Shown here in pieces: positions 52,660 to 64,000 of a stretch of 64,000 bases of DNA. The stretch covers positions 30,070,001 to 30,134,000 of the forward strand of contig NC_043007.1 of NCBI RefSeq assembly GCF_006345805.1. The letters run 5' to 3'. The notes under the pieces were generated by a model that saw nothing but the letters and a program-made list of their open reading frames with translations, was not told the DNA's origin and searched no databases. Made by a program: the position numbers and the translations under genes. This DNA is from Octopus sinensis (lineage: Eukaryota). Each line of letters opens with the position of its first letter. The first letter of the stretch is position 1.

Positions 52660-54660
52660 ATTATTCAGTAGTTTTATTTTTATTTTTATAGCGTGCTTTC
52701 ACTTCACTACCGAGCGCAGCTCTGTGTGCCTTGGGTATGTGCTGTGATTTGTTGTGATGCTCTGATGGTTATTGTATGGAAAGTGTTCTGCGTAGGATGT
52801 GTGCAGTGCCTAGTAGTGCAATTTTCTGTATGTTATATGTGTTTGTAAGTCCTGGTGTTTTTGTTATGTATTTGTCTGAATATTTTTTTATCATGCCTAA
52901 TGCACCTACTATGATAGGAATTGTTTCTGTTTTCAGATTCCACATTCTAGTTACCTCTATTTCCAGGTCTTTGTATTTTGAGAGTTTCTCCATTTCTTTT
53001 AGAGACACGTTGTCATCTGCCGTACTGATACATCAATTAGAAAGCATTTTTTTTCTTCATGGTCTCTGACAACTATATCTGGTCTGTTGGCCTTAATTTC
53101 TCTATCTGTGTGTATCGGCATATCCCAGAGTACGGTTGCTTTCTCGTTTTCTGTGACCTTTTCTGGTGTGTGCCTATACCATCTTTTTTCTGTTGTTATT
53201 CCATAATGTTGGCATAGCTTCCAATGTATGTAAGTTCCAACTCTGTCATGTCTGTGAATATATTCCTTCTTAGCCAGGACTGGGCAGCTAGAGATAATAT
53301 GATTTATTGTTTCTTGTCCATCTCCACATATTCTGCAGTTACTTGTAATATTTCTTTTCATTACATGTTTTTGGTAATTTCTGGTGGGGAGGCTTTGGTC
53401 TTGTGCTGCAATTAAAAATCCCTCTGTTTCTGCTTTGAGTCCTGAGCTTCTCAACCATTGCTGGGATTTTTCTTGTCTATTTCTTTTGCGTTTAGTTTAG
53501 TCCAGTATTACCATGAAGGGGCTTTTCTTGCCATCGTTTTATCATGGTTCGTTGCTGTTCTATTTTAGTTTGGATTTCATTTTTTTTATAGCTTTTGTTG
53601 TTTCTTCATCTTCTTCTTCTTCTCTTCTTCTTCATGTTTATTAGGTGGTATGATTTCTTGTTTGTATTTGTCAGCTTCCTTAAATACTGAGAACAGTTTT
53701 TTGTTTTGCTCGTGTTTTGCCGCTATCTGGATCAGTTTTCCTCCTTCTGAAGTAGATATTTTTGCAGTCCTATGTGGTTATTTTATAGTAGTTTTCCAGC
53801 TGTATAAGGCCTCTACCACCTTCTATACGTTGTTATATAGTCTTTCTATGTCAGATTTTGGGTGATGCATCCTAGATCCTGTCATTATTTTTCTTGTTTT
53901 CCTGTCTATTTTGGTCAGTTCATTTCGTGTCCAGTTAAGGATATTGTAGCTGTAACTTATAACTGGGACAGCTAAAGTGGTTGATACCTATTATCTTGTT
54001 TTTAGCATTGAGCTCTGTGTTTAGTATTGATCTAACTCGTCTATAATATTCTTTTTTTTTTCTCTTTCATTTGTGTGTGTTGTGTCTTATCTAGTTCATG
54101 GATTCCTAAGTATTTGTAAGTTTGGCTTTGGTCTAATTCTTTTATTTCATTGCTTCATCTAGTGTGATGTTGTTACTCTTAACTAGTTTTCCTCTTTTCA
54201 TGGTTACTTTGGCGCATTTTTCTAATCCAAATTTCATATCTATTTCTTTGGTAAATCCATGAACTGTCTTTAATAGTGTTTCCAGCTGTTTGTCATTTGC
54301 AGCGTATAGTTTTAGGTCATCCATATGTAAAAGGTGGCTGATCGTTTTGCCGTAACATTTATATCCGCATCCAGTTCTATTTAGCATATCAGATAGAGGT
54401 GACAGTGCCAAGCAGAAAAGGAGTGGAGAGAGCGTATCTCCCTGGAATATTCCTCTTCTAATGGGGATGTCTTTGGTTTTCATGAGTCCCTCTTTTGTTT
54501 GGAGGTGTAGGACTGTTTGCCATTTATTCATAGAGTGCTCTATGAATTTTATGATTGTTGGTGCTACTTTGTTAATGGCTAGTGTTTCGAGGATCCATGT
54601 GTGGGGGATGCTATCAAACGCCTTTTTGTAGTCAATCCAGGCCATACTGAGGCCTTTCTT
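52660..54660 (-). mobile_element. R4/Dong-type LINE, 5'-truncated 2-kb copy (RT, CCHC zinc knuckle, REL endonuclease)
   Basis: WIDYKKAFDSIPH...RGIFQGDTLSPLLF...LHMDDLKL; CRICGDGQETINHIISSC; RHDRV; KANRPDIVV; flanked by (TAA)n on both sides. Confidence 0.92.
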
Positions 54661-54661
54661 C

Positions 54662-54706
<45 letters not shown>

Positions 54707-55246
54707 GTTGTTGTTGTTATTATTATTCACCCCTCGCCTCCGCCATCCTCCCTCGATTGGGCAGGCAAGGCAGTTTTCCTTTGCCTGGTGGCTGTGGCGA
54801 AAGAAGTTGTTTGGTGGACAAGGCTGAAAGGAATGAGGACAGATATATTCTTCACATAGATTCCTTCAAGTTTCACTTGAAAAGGAAATTGAGAGCGGAG
54901 AGAGAAGTGCTGCCCTCGAATGAGTTTATTGAGAGATGAGTGAAAGTTGCGAAAATGGCAAGGGTGGATGGTACCTCTCTAAGTGAAGACCTGTGAGTCG
55001 GAGAGAAGGAATTAGAGAGTGCATTTGCTCCTAGGGTTTCAGGGAAATCTCAGACAGTGGGGTTCCACGATTATTCCTAGAGGCGTTCCTGTATCAGGAG
55101 GGCCACATTTCTATCATCCTCCCGCCTTTATTTTTTTTACCTTTGTATGTCCCTTCTTTTCCGGTGTTTACCGGGTATATATACCTTCTTTTTTTTATCA
55201 TTTCCTTATTTTATGTAACCCCCACCACACTTTATGATGTTTTCAG

Positions 55247-55377
55247 TGCTACAGTCGTTTACTTGAATCCTCTGGCAAATGGAACGGCAAAGGCGGTTGA
55301 CACCCGGTCTGGTGTCATGCCAAACGTTACAATTAGCTTTGTGCCTTTTGACCAACACCAAATGGAAGAATTTCGCC
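55247..55377 (+). CDS. Tandem-PEBP gene exon 7 (ATVVYLNPLANGTAKAVDTRSGVMPNVTISF...EEFR)
   Basis: Acceptor gatgttttcAG, donor GCC|GTAAGT, phase 2 to 1. Confidence 0.8.
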
Positions 55378-56094
55378 GTAAGTAGTTGTCCTTCATAATT
55401 ACACATATAGTAGGATCTCATAATACGCACAACAAATTGTTAAACTTCGAGTAACTGAGAATTAATAGATAAAATCTACCCCCAAGAAGTGTTTAAGATC
55501 TAAAAGGTAACAAACCAAGGGATATAACTCGAATAAGATCAGTTGCTTGAAATTTTTGGACAATATAGATAATCCATATTAGAGTGGAACTGATCTTTAA
55601 ATCTACCTGATGAGAACAAGCGGCATTTTTTGATATTATTATACATTGTGAGCAAAAGATAATCCAGTCAATTGGCAAAGCTACGAGGGATCGAGATACG
55701 TACATGATTTCCGTTAATTTCTCTGCTGTACCCGGGGTATTGTTACACGTAGAATCATTTTACCGGGATATATTTGCTTCACTAGTTTTAACTGTTTATA
55801 GTTCTGAAGTATATGGGTTGATTTTAAGCTCCATTAATATATTTGTTCATTTTATAATTTAAGGGCAGTTTCAGTTGTTGCCAGGTGCCAAGCACATTGG
55901 CCATTTAATTAATAATCGATTATTTAGTCTCGTGGAAGTTAGAAATTTACTGCAAAGCCTGGGACATCAAAAGGATTTGCATAGAACCATCTGTAAATTT
56001 TTCTAGTTAGTCTTTTGGTTTCGGTCGAATTTTTTCCCATCAAAGAACCAAAATTTGCCATGTTCGTGAATGTTTTTAAGTTTGTTTAAGTAAG

Positions 56095-56520
56095 CATTTG
56101 GTAAGTATCAAACGGCTTTTTTGTCTTTCCAGACAATAACTGGCATCTGCTCATTATACTAGGCTTGCATCGAATGCCTTCGTACACTATATTGTCCACT
56201 CCAACACCAAATACTTTTTCAGCGAAGACCCTCATTGATTTTCCGGGATCATCATCGATAATGTTTTGAGTCTTTTCGATGATTTGCAGAGTCATTATAA
56301 TATCCGAACGTCAAGAAAGTCTTTTCTGTCTTTGATATATTTCCCGCTAGAGGTCACCAGTTCCATCCGGGCTTTCTGTACAAAAAATCTTGTAACATTT
56401 AGAAAGTTGGTCATTTCTAAATCGCTGGGTTCCGTACATAGGGCAGCAATAAGGACTTCATCGCTTTTGTGTTCTTCTCTTTGCATTTTATCTGTCATGG
56501 CAGATCTGAGAACAAATAAA
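56095..56520 (-). mobile_element. Tc1/mariner-superfamily transposase N-terminal remnant
   Basis: SDLEMTNFLNVTRFFVQKARMEL...QNIIDDDPGKSMR...VYEGIRCK...CQLLSGKTK. It resembles the N-terminus of the transposase type seen at 29714-29996. Confidence 0.6.
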
Positions 56521-56678
56521 TCGAAAAAAGTATTTTAACTGGTTGGAAGAGAGTAATAAACCGATAATTAAGTCTCATCAAAATACCCCTTTGCGCTCTA
56601 TGTGTGTGTGTGTTTTTCTTCTTTGCCTTCCTTTCAGTAATTAGTCATGTACTAAAGGATTATTTCTTCATTTTCCAG

Positions 56679-56952
56679 ATTCTCTCTTCACGCTTGTTAT
56701 GGTTGACCCAGACATCCCAGAGGTCTACCACTCGTTGGGTAACTCTACCTACCCACTTATCCATTGGATGACCATTAATATCATTGGCAAAGAGTTGTCG
56801 ACTGGTGAGGAGGTACACGCTTATATAGGTCCCCTACCACCTGACGAAAACCCTCATTTCTACTATTTCGTTCTATTGAAACAACCACGGAGACTGAAAA
56901 AAGAAGACCTGGAAGGGTTTTATTCAGACTGTGGGGAGGCGCTTAAAGGAAG
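56679..56952 (+). CDS. Tandem-PEBP gene exon 8 (core of PEBP domain 2)
   Basis: Acceptor ttcattttccAG, donor GAAG|GTAAGG, phase 1 to 2. FTLVMVDPD...LIHWMTINI...YIGPLPP...PHFYYFVLLKQ are PEBP signature motifs. Confidence 0.93.
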
Positions 56953-57566
56953 GTAAGGCCAAAGTCATTTATAAAGTGGAAGCGTGTCTGGGTTTTACAA
57001 AATGGTAAGACTTAGTATCTTGTGATGTTAGGTTCTTTTACGATCTGATTAAAAAATCTTAGGGAGTCAATAAAGATCTTTCTTTTCGAATGACTGGTTT
57101 TGTACCAATATTAGAAATCATTCTCAATAACAAAAAAGTAACAGTTAAAGACAATAAATTAGATGGGGAAACTAATCAGCTAATTAGCTGAAGTGATGTA
57201 AAAAGATATTCCGATCGACATATTTGGAGCTTAAAATGGCGCATGATCCTGTGTTCGATCTGAAAGTTTTGTTGTTGGTGTGATGGTACGTTCAGACACA
57301 AAGGCACACAAGCCTCTGGTGCACCTCTTCTCTGATAAGAGGCAGGAGTCCGAAACGTCGTCATTTACCTTTCCTCACATTAACTGTATCTGTTAAAACT
57401 GCCACACTTCATCTTAGATTAAAATATCTGCAGTTAATCCGGTATTGTTTTGTTTTTCAAATGTTAATCTTCCCCGAAGGTATACACCATTAGTTTCACA
57501 TAGCAACACATTTCCTCTTCTGAGTTTTCCGTTTACCATTGAACTGCTTTCATCTTCTGTCTTTAG

Positions 57567-57831
57567 GTGTCTGTTTCGTATGAGGCAGTTCGTGCAAGCC
57601 AAAGATTTGGTGTTTGCTGGTGCCACGTGGATGGCCATTGAAAACGACAAGTATGTGAGAGGGGTGTATCTGAGGCAAGGAAGCCCACCCGACGAAGTAT
57701 GTAAACAGTCCAAATATTATCAACCAGGATGCCTCGATTCAAGTGAGGCGGTGAGACCCACGTCAGGCCATGGAATCATTTTTGCTTTCTACTATTTCCT
57801 TCTGTTATTGGTAACGGTTGTAACTTGCTAA
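57567..57831 (+). CDS. Tandem-PEBP gene last coding exon 9 (domain 2 end plus GPI-signal-like hydrophobic tail)
   Basis: Acceptor tcttctgtctttAG, phase 2. CLFRMRQFVQAKDLVFAGATWM...GCLDSSEA...IIFAFYYFLLLLVTVVTC*. Confidence 0.88.
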
Positions 57832-57936
57832 ACGTGCATGCTGGTATCTGCATTATATTGAAATATATATTTGCCATGTAACTCACAGAAACATGCACGT
57901 AGTTTACATATATATATATACAAAAATGTATACATG

Positions 57937-57942
57937 AATAAA
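57937..57942 (+). terminator. Candidate polyadenylation signal of the PEBP gene (second AATAAA at 58199-58204)
   Basis: AATAAA 106 nt after the stop codon. Confidence 0.4.
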
Positions 57943-58759
57943 ATATGTTTGTATATATCATGTATAAAAGTGTGTGTGTGTGTGTGTGAATGTTTCAATG
58001 TGAGTATGTATGTGTATGAAAACGTGTTTGAGCCAAGAGAAGACGGAAAGCGTTGAATACCCTGAACACTGAATGTTAAAATATGTTAGGTGCAAATAGG
58101 AAAACCGGCCTTAAAAACATTTATTTATGGTTTTAAAACAAAATTTATTGGAAAAAATTTCTGTAATATACGCATTTCATGTAATTATGCCACGCCAGAA
58201 TAAATATTTGAGAATAAAAACGGTACTTTTAAGATGGAGACTATTTTAAAACCATTTGTTCTTTTTATCATGTTACGCTTTTTTCAATGTCAACCTAGAT
58301 TTAGAATCTTCCATTTCTAAAAGATTCTAACCAAAACTATACATTGTATATAAGTGGCTGTGTGCATGCATATATATATATATATACATACATATATATA
58401 TATATGTGTGTGTGTTATAGATATATATATATACATATTTACATATATATGTGTGTTTGTCCTTCACAACTGCTTGACAACCAGTGTTAGTGTTTTTACG
58501 ATCTCGTAACTTAGTGTTTCGAAAAACGAAGTTGCTAAAATAAGTACTAGGCTTTGGTTAGCCCAAGGCCATAGCAGAAGACTCTTGCTCAAGGTGTAAT
58601 GCAGTGAACCAGGAACCATGAAGTTGGTAAGCTGAAGGGAGAACCACTATTAATTGGTACCACTAAGAGTTAATGAAGAATTTGGTGAACCTTATTCTAT
58701 TTCCTGTGAATCATTGTTTTGGCAAAACCATTGCATAGCATTAAAAATAATGGTTTCAA

Positions 58760-59160
58760 ATTCTGCCACAAGGGCAGTCATTTTGCAGGAGCGGATAAGT
58801 CGATTACATTGAACCCCAATATTCAACTGGTACCTAATTTATCAACCCAGAAAGGCAAAGTTGACTTTGGTGGAATTTGAACTCAGAATATAAAGATGGA
58901 CGAAATGCCACTAAGCATTTGGCCCAGCATGCTAACGATTCTGCCAGTTCATCACCTTAATAATAATAATAAGCCTTTTGTGGGAGGGGTCCAGTCGACT
59001 AGATCGACCCCAGTATGTAACTGGTACTTAATTTATTGACCCCAAAAGGATGAAAGGCAAAGATGACTTCGGTGGAGTTTGAACTCAGAACATAGTGGCA
59101 GATGAAATACCACTTATGCATTTCACCCAGTGTGCTAACAACTCTGCCAGCTTACCACCC
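58760..59160 (-). mobile_element. Two adjacent family A SINE copies
   Basis: Consensus blocks repeated twice. Confidence 0.75.
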
Positions 59161-59211
<51 letters not shown>

Positions 59212-59645
59212 TGATGATGATGAAGATAATAATAATGATTAAAAAAAAGAAATTAGAGAAATGATAATTAGAAGAATAATAATTGGAATTTTCAGAAATT
59301 TTATTGAATTTAAATACAGTAAATATTAACAGGGTATGAAAATATACAATCATTATACACCATAATCCTTGACATCAGATAACACCTGATACTATACATA
59401 TTTTCATCGATACAATATCATACTATATCTGATAAACATTTTCATGACAATGTCCTCACTACCATAAATCATATATCTAATAATTTATACACAATTTACG
59501 ACATTGTCCTGCATACCATATAGTCATATCTGATAATATACACATCCTTCATGATGTTGTGCTAGATTTCATGTTAAACCAAAAATATACACACATTTCA
59601 TGATACTGTCTTTGACATCCTATCATTTTATATCCAAAAATATAC

Positions 59646-59826
59646 ACACATTTCACAATATTATTCTAAATATCTCATCATATTATAAGTAATGATATGC
59701 ATACATTTCACAGTATTATTCTAAATATCTCATCATATTATAAGTAATGATATGCATACATTTCACAGTATTATTCTAAATATCTCATCATATTATAAGT
59801 AATGATATGCATACATTTCACAGTAT
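59646..59826. repeat. 55-bp minisatellite (3+ copies) within a more degenerate array at about 59340-59900
   Basis: a(c/t)acatttca at 59646, 59701, 59756 and 59811. Confidence 0.9.
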
Positions 59827-59971
59827 AGTTCTTGACAGAGCAGTAAATTGTCTGCTAAAATACATACATTTCATGATATTGTCCTGATATATTGCAATAT
59901 ATTTACATTTACAAATATCCTTTGGAAGGTAGACAGCCGTTCTTGCTTCCATGAAAAGGTGTGAGTGTTTG

Positions 59972-60002
<31 letters not shown>

Positions 60003-60570
60003 GTGTTAGTGTTTGTGTATATATATATATATATACACACACACACATATACAGGAGTGTGTTTTGCCTTTAAAAAAGAATGTTTTTAATAGTTCCAATA
60101 TTCTATCATGATGCAAAAGTTTATTATTTTTTGTGTTAGTTCCGAAACACAATCCCAGAACAAATTAGTTGCCATAGAATAAAGCACACAAGAAACTCAG
60201 AGTAACAGCAGAATGGTTCAAATGAATCTCTCACACACACAGATGTAAATCGTGAGTCTTATATGCAACACCATCATATGTAGAATGTGTCCCATGAGCA
60301 AAGTAGCTGACCCAGATTTACTTAGACCTTTATTCGTGTGTGATTACAAGGGGTACATGGACAGTGAAACAACAAGGTATTGAGTCAGAGAGGGTTGAAA
60401 CCAGTACAGCTCATCCTTTGTTCTTCACTTGACAAATATATTGAATACAAAGACGAGGTATATACATCGGTCTATATATACAGTACCGGTTAAAAAAAAG
60501 AAAAAATAATTAATAGGAAAGGCATGCTGTAGAAGAGTATTGAAACAAGAAACGGTTAAAACATGATTAA

Positions 60571-60576
60571 TTTATT
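60571..60576 (-). terminator. Candidate polyadenylation signal of the thioredoxin reductase gene
   Basis: TTTATT on the + strand (AATAAA on -), about 140 nt 3' of the SECIS core. Confidence 0.5.
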
Positions 60577-60692
60577 AATAAATACAAAATATGAAAATAA
60601 ATAATCTTAAAACATAAAAAAATACATTCAGATTGTAAAGCACATTGATTTGAACAACACAAAGTACCCGGTGATTGTTGGTCAGTTGGACA

Positions 60693-60780
60693 CCCTCTTC
60701 AGTTTATATATTCATCAGATTTAATCCACCCAGGTGGATGGGTTATGGATTCAAATCGTCATTAGCAACAAGAAAAGGGG
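60693..60780 (-). promoter_or_regulatory. Type II eukaryotic SECIS element
   Basis: The minus strand reads AUGAC GAUUUGAAUCCA UAA CCCA UCCACC UGGG UGGAUUAAAUC UGAU. It has the U.U/G.A/A.G/C.U quartet, an 11-bp helix II with one bulged G, unpaired AA and an apical mini-stem. Confidence 0.88.
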
Positions 60781-60998
60781 GAGGAAGAAGAAAGCATGTC
60801 ATTGTCAACAATAGCAATAACAGAGAAGATGCTAGAAATGGTTACCATAGCAACAGGAAGATGAGCAGTGGGAGACATTTGCTAGGAATGATGGGAAGAT
60901 CAATGATGGCATTATGGGATGCTTCATCAACAAGTGATCAGCTCTACGCATTACAAACATCAAACTGTACTGCAAATATATATATATATATATATAAC

Positions 60999-61184
60999 TT
61001 ATAAACAAGGGCAAAAGAAAAAAAATCTAATGCCACATATGCCGAAAATAGACTTAAATCGTCAATAACCATATAATTTATCACTATAAGCATGCATCTA
61101 ATGATAAATTATATGGTTATTGATGATTTGTCTATTTTCGGCATATTTGGCATTAGAATTTTTTTCTTTTGCCCTTGTTTATAA
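60999..61184. repeat. Foldback (about 85-bp arms, 18-nt spacer) inside the thioredoxin reductase 3' UTR
   Basis: 60999-61083 is the reverse complement of 61102-61184, with a few mismatches and indels. Confidence 0.9.
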
Positions 61185-61260
61185 ATTTAACCTTTAAAGC
61201 TATTTTTTAATATGCTGGCCATTGATAGAATTTTTTTTGAAAAATTTTATCCTATGTTAG

Positions 61261-61293
<33 letters not shown>

Positions 61294-61751
61294 CATAGTT
61301 TGATGAAATTGTTCCAGCATGGCCAGAGCCAACTGGATGAAACAGTTAGAAAACATACTACAATGCTAACACAAAGTTACACACCTATAAGTACATAAAT
61401 ATACATATTCTTGTATATATATATTATCATCATCGTTCAATATCCGTGTGGGCATGGTTTGCATAGTTAGACATACATACACACACACATATAAACACTA
61501 CATAACCCAAACACATGTATGTGTGTGTATATATATATATATACACACACACATGCTTACACACATAGAGGCAATGAGATGTAACAATCTTCTTCACTCC
61601 ACTGACCGTTAACCCCACCCCGCCCTAAGAAAAAAAAAACGGACAAAAGTCCAAGTTAATCCACGCTCCAATGGTCATACTCCCAGCTCCAGGCCTCATT
61701 AATTTATGATGATGATGGTGATGATGATGGCTCCTTGGAAGTTCTTACAAG

Positions 61752-61782
<31 letters not shown>

Positions 61783-62359
61783 AGTCATCTGGTTGATTTG
61801 CTTTTAAGGCAAATCCTAAGGACAACAAGAATGTTCAGTGATGACACAATGACAATATTTGTCAACAACCGTCATCTAACCATGTTGATGGTCTAACAGG
61901 TTTTCAAATAGAGAGGCCGTATGGTTGATTGAACTGAATCCCAGCATATGACTGGTACCGCCTTAATGCTGCTGGAGGGGATGTCAACTTAGGCAAGATA
62001 TGAACTCAGAACAAACTGTGTGCTTGTTTCTTTTTTTTAATCTGGTGCCCTCAACCATTTCTGCCAGTCCAAATATATTTCGAAAGTTTGTCATATGTAG
62101 TAGAGACGATGGGGGTGTGGAGAAATACAACTGAGTTCTGGGTATGGAAACAGCACTGTTGTTGTCATTAGCAACAGGGACAGGTCCCATACTGTTGTGT
62201 CAGAAATAGAACTAGGCACCATGCTGTTGAGTTATCAACAAGGACAGGTGTGTCATTGCTAAACAATTGAGGTAAATGACAGATATCAGAAGTATAAGAA
62301 GAAGTGGGGGTAACAATTAATGAGTTGCCTGGGGCGAGGGGATGACCAATTGGAGCAAA

Positions 62360-62512
<153 letters not shown>

Positions 62513-62950
62513 TTACATTTACGGTTGATGATAAAAACAATTGGTTAATCAACAGGGACATGAATATACTCCACTACATCCAAAAAATTCAAGAGTAGGA
62601 CCACTTGGACATGTGAGAAGTACAGTTTGACATAAAAGCAAAGGGTCACAGTTGCAAACACCCAGAGCAGTACAACAACAACAACATCCTGTAAAAAAAG
62701 GTTTCTCTCACACAGCTCAGACAAACATAGAAAACCCCATAGAAATAGGAGTCACATTAAATAACCTCATTGGGCCCAAATATTGACCTGGGCCAATATC
62801 ATCATCATCATTTAACGTCTGCTTTCCATGCTAGCATGGGTTGGACGATTTGACTGAGGACTGGTGAACCAGATGGCTGCACCAGGTTCTAATCTGATCT
62901 GGGGAAGTTTCTACAGCTGGATACCCTTCCTAACACCAACCACACTGAGA

Positions 62951-63734
62951 GTTAGTTAGTTAGTTAATTTGGCTCAAAAGCAAATAGCAAGGCCATGTAG
63001 GGGAACATGGAGTTAAGTACAGGGTAGTGTTCATGTAAAGAGTTCAGGCCACTTGAGGTCAAGGGAGGCTTTGAACAAAGCGGTCGTCGACATCTTCACC
63101 ATCTCATCTGGCAGCTTGTTCCACGGATCCGCAACCCGGACGGAGAAAGCTCCTCTCCTTCGATTGAGATGAAATCGTCGCAGGTAGAGCTTTTCGGAAT
63201 GACCCCGCAGCCGACGCTCTGGAGCAGGAGTGAAGAACAGCTCTTTCGAGAGGTTACACTTTCCGCTTATGATGTTGTGGGCGAGAATGAGATCACCACG
63301 GCGGAGGCGTTTTTCTAGAGAATAAAGGTCGAGCGTCCTCAGCCTTCTTCATAGGACAAATTTTTGAGACCATGAACCATGCGGGTAGCCAGCTTCTGGA
63401 CTCTTTCGAGATGCTGTATGTCTTTGAGGAGATAAGGAGAAGAGGCTTGAATCCCGTACTCCAATATGGGTCTCACCAGCGTGACATAGAGTGGTAGGAA
63501 TATGGCTGCTGTGAGCATTCCGAATGACCGTCGAATCAAGAACAGAATTCCGCGTGCTTTGTTGGCAGCATGGACGCACTGGGCGGAAGGCGAAAAGGAG
63601 GAATCCACCAAGATACCCAGGTCCTTTACCTGATCGGTCCTCTCCAGCAGCAGACGACCCGGCTCGAAATCAAGTTGAGTTGCAGGAGGAGAGCCAACAG
63701 GCAGATGACAGCACTTTGACACGTTCAGACACAG
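62951..63734 (-). mobile_element. CR1-like LINE 3' fragment in the last intron of the thioredoxin reductase gene
   Basis: CLNVSKC...VKDLGILVDSSFSPSAQCVHAANKARGIL...RPILEYG...LERVQKLATRMVHGLKNLSYEE; (TAAC)n tail. Confidence 0.9.
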
Positions 63735-63877
63735 AGTGTAGTTGGTGCTTTTATTGTGCCATTGGCATGAGGGCCAGTCAGGTGTTACTTGCAACAACCA
63801 TGTCCAAAAGGTGTTCTTTACGTGCCGAAAACAACAAAATTCCTGTAGATATGGCAACAAGAAGAAAAAGTCCTTAC

Positions 63878-63975
63878 CTGAAAGCTGTGACAAAACCTTG
63901 GATCACTTCTCCGGCATTTGGTCCTAAATAGTGGATTCCGACCAGTTTACCTGCTCCTTCACGCATACAGATTAC
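63878..63975 (-). CDS. TXNRD2: Thioredoxin reductase (TXNRD2-like) penultimate coding exon; the gene continues beyond the window
   Basis: Acceptor ttgtgttgcacccAG, donor CAG|GTAAGG, phase 0 to 2. VICMREGAGKLVGIHYLGPNAGEVIQGFVTAFR carries the interface-domain motif G.H..GPNAGEV.QGF. Confidence 0.92.
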
Positions 63976-64000
63976 CTGGGTGCAACACAAACAAGAACAT

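Noticed and set aside
55255-55377. Alternative acceptor (ctacAG at 55253-55254) allowing exon 5 to join exon 7 directly
   Set aside because: It is in frame but would delete the N-terminal strand region of PEBP domain 2 encoded by exon 6. Kept only as a possible minor isoform.
57332-57359. Hammerhead-like CTGATAA...GAAACGTC in the last PEBP intron
   Set aside because: The G8 equivalent is lost and stem II is poor.
61790-61880. Alternative SECIS candidate ATGA-N11-AAA...TGAA on the minus strand
   Set aside because: Helix II does not pair in register with the quartet, and a competing hairpin sequesters AUGAC. The 60714-60762 element is far better.

Overview
Eukaryotic, microsatellite-saturated DNA. 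The SINE/LINE repertoire and repeat style suggest an octopus (coleoid cephalopod); that is inference, not a database result. Almost all ORFs in the supplied track are microsatellite artefacts. Two convergent genes can be reconstructed by hand from split exons. (1) A + strand gene of 9 coding exons (about 36.8-57.8 kb, all GT-AG with compatible phases, 587 aa). It encodes a signal peptide, a small Cys-containing N-terminal region, a Thr-rich linker, two tandem PEBP/RKIP-fold domains and a GPI-anchor-like tail. The first domain has lost the ligand-pocket motifs. The first exon is the least certain part. (2) The last two coding exons of a - strand thioredoxin reductase most similar to TXNRD2, invisible to the ORF track. 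It ends in Ala-Cys-Sec(TGA)-Gly-stop, with a textbook type II SECIS about 1.6 kb downstream, a long foldback in the 3' UTR and an AATAAA. The rest is tRNA-derived SINEs (including exact 184-bp multimers), R4/Dong-type and CR1-type LINE fragments, Tc1/mariner relics, a (TAA)n-associated non-autonomous element, several long palindromes, and minimal hammerhead-ribozyme motifs of the Penelope-terminus type. One palindrome is built from two inverted hammerheads.
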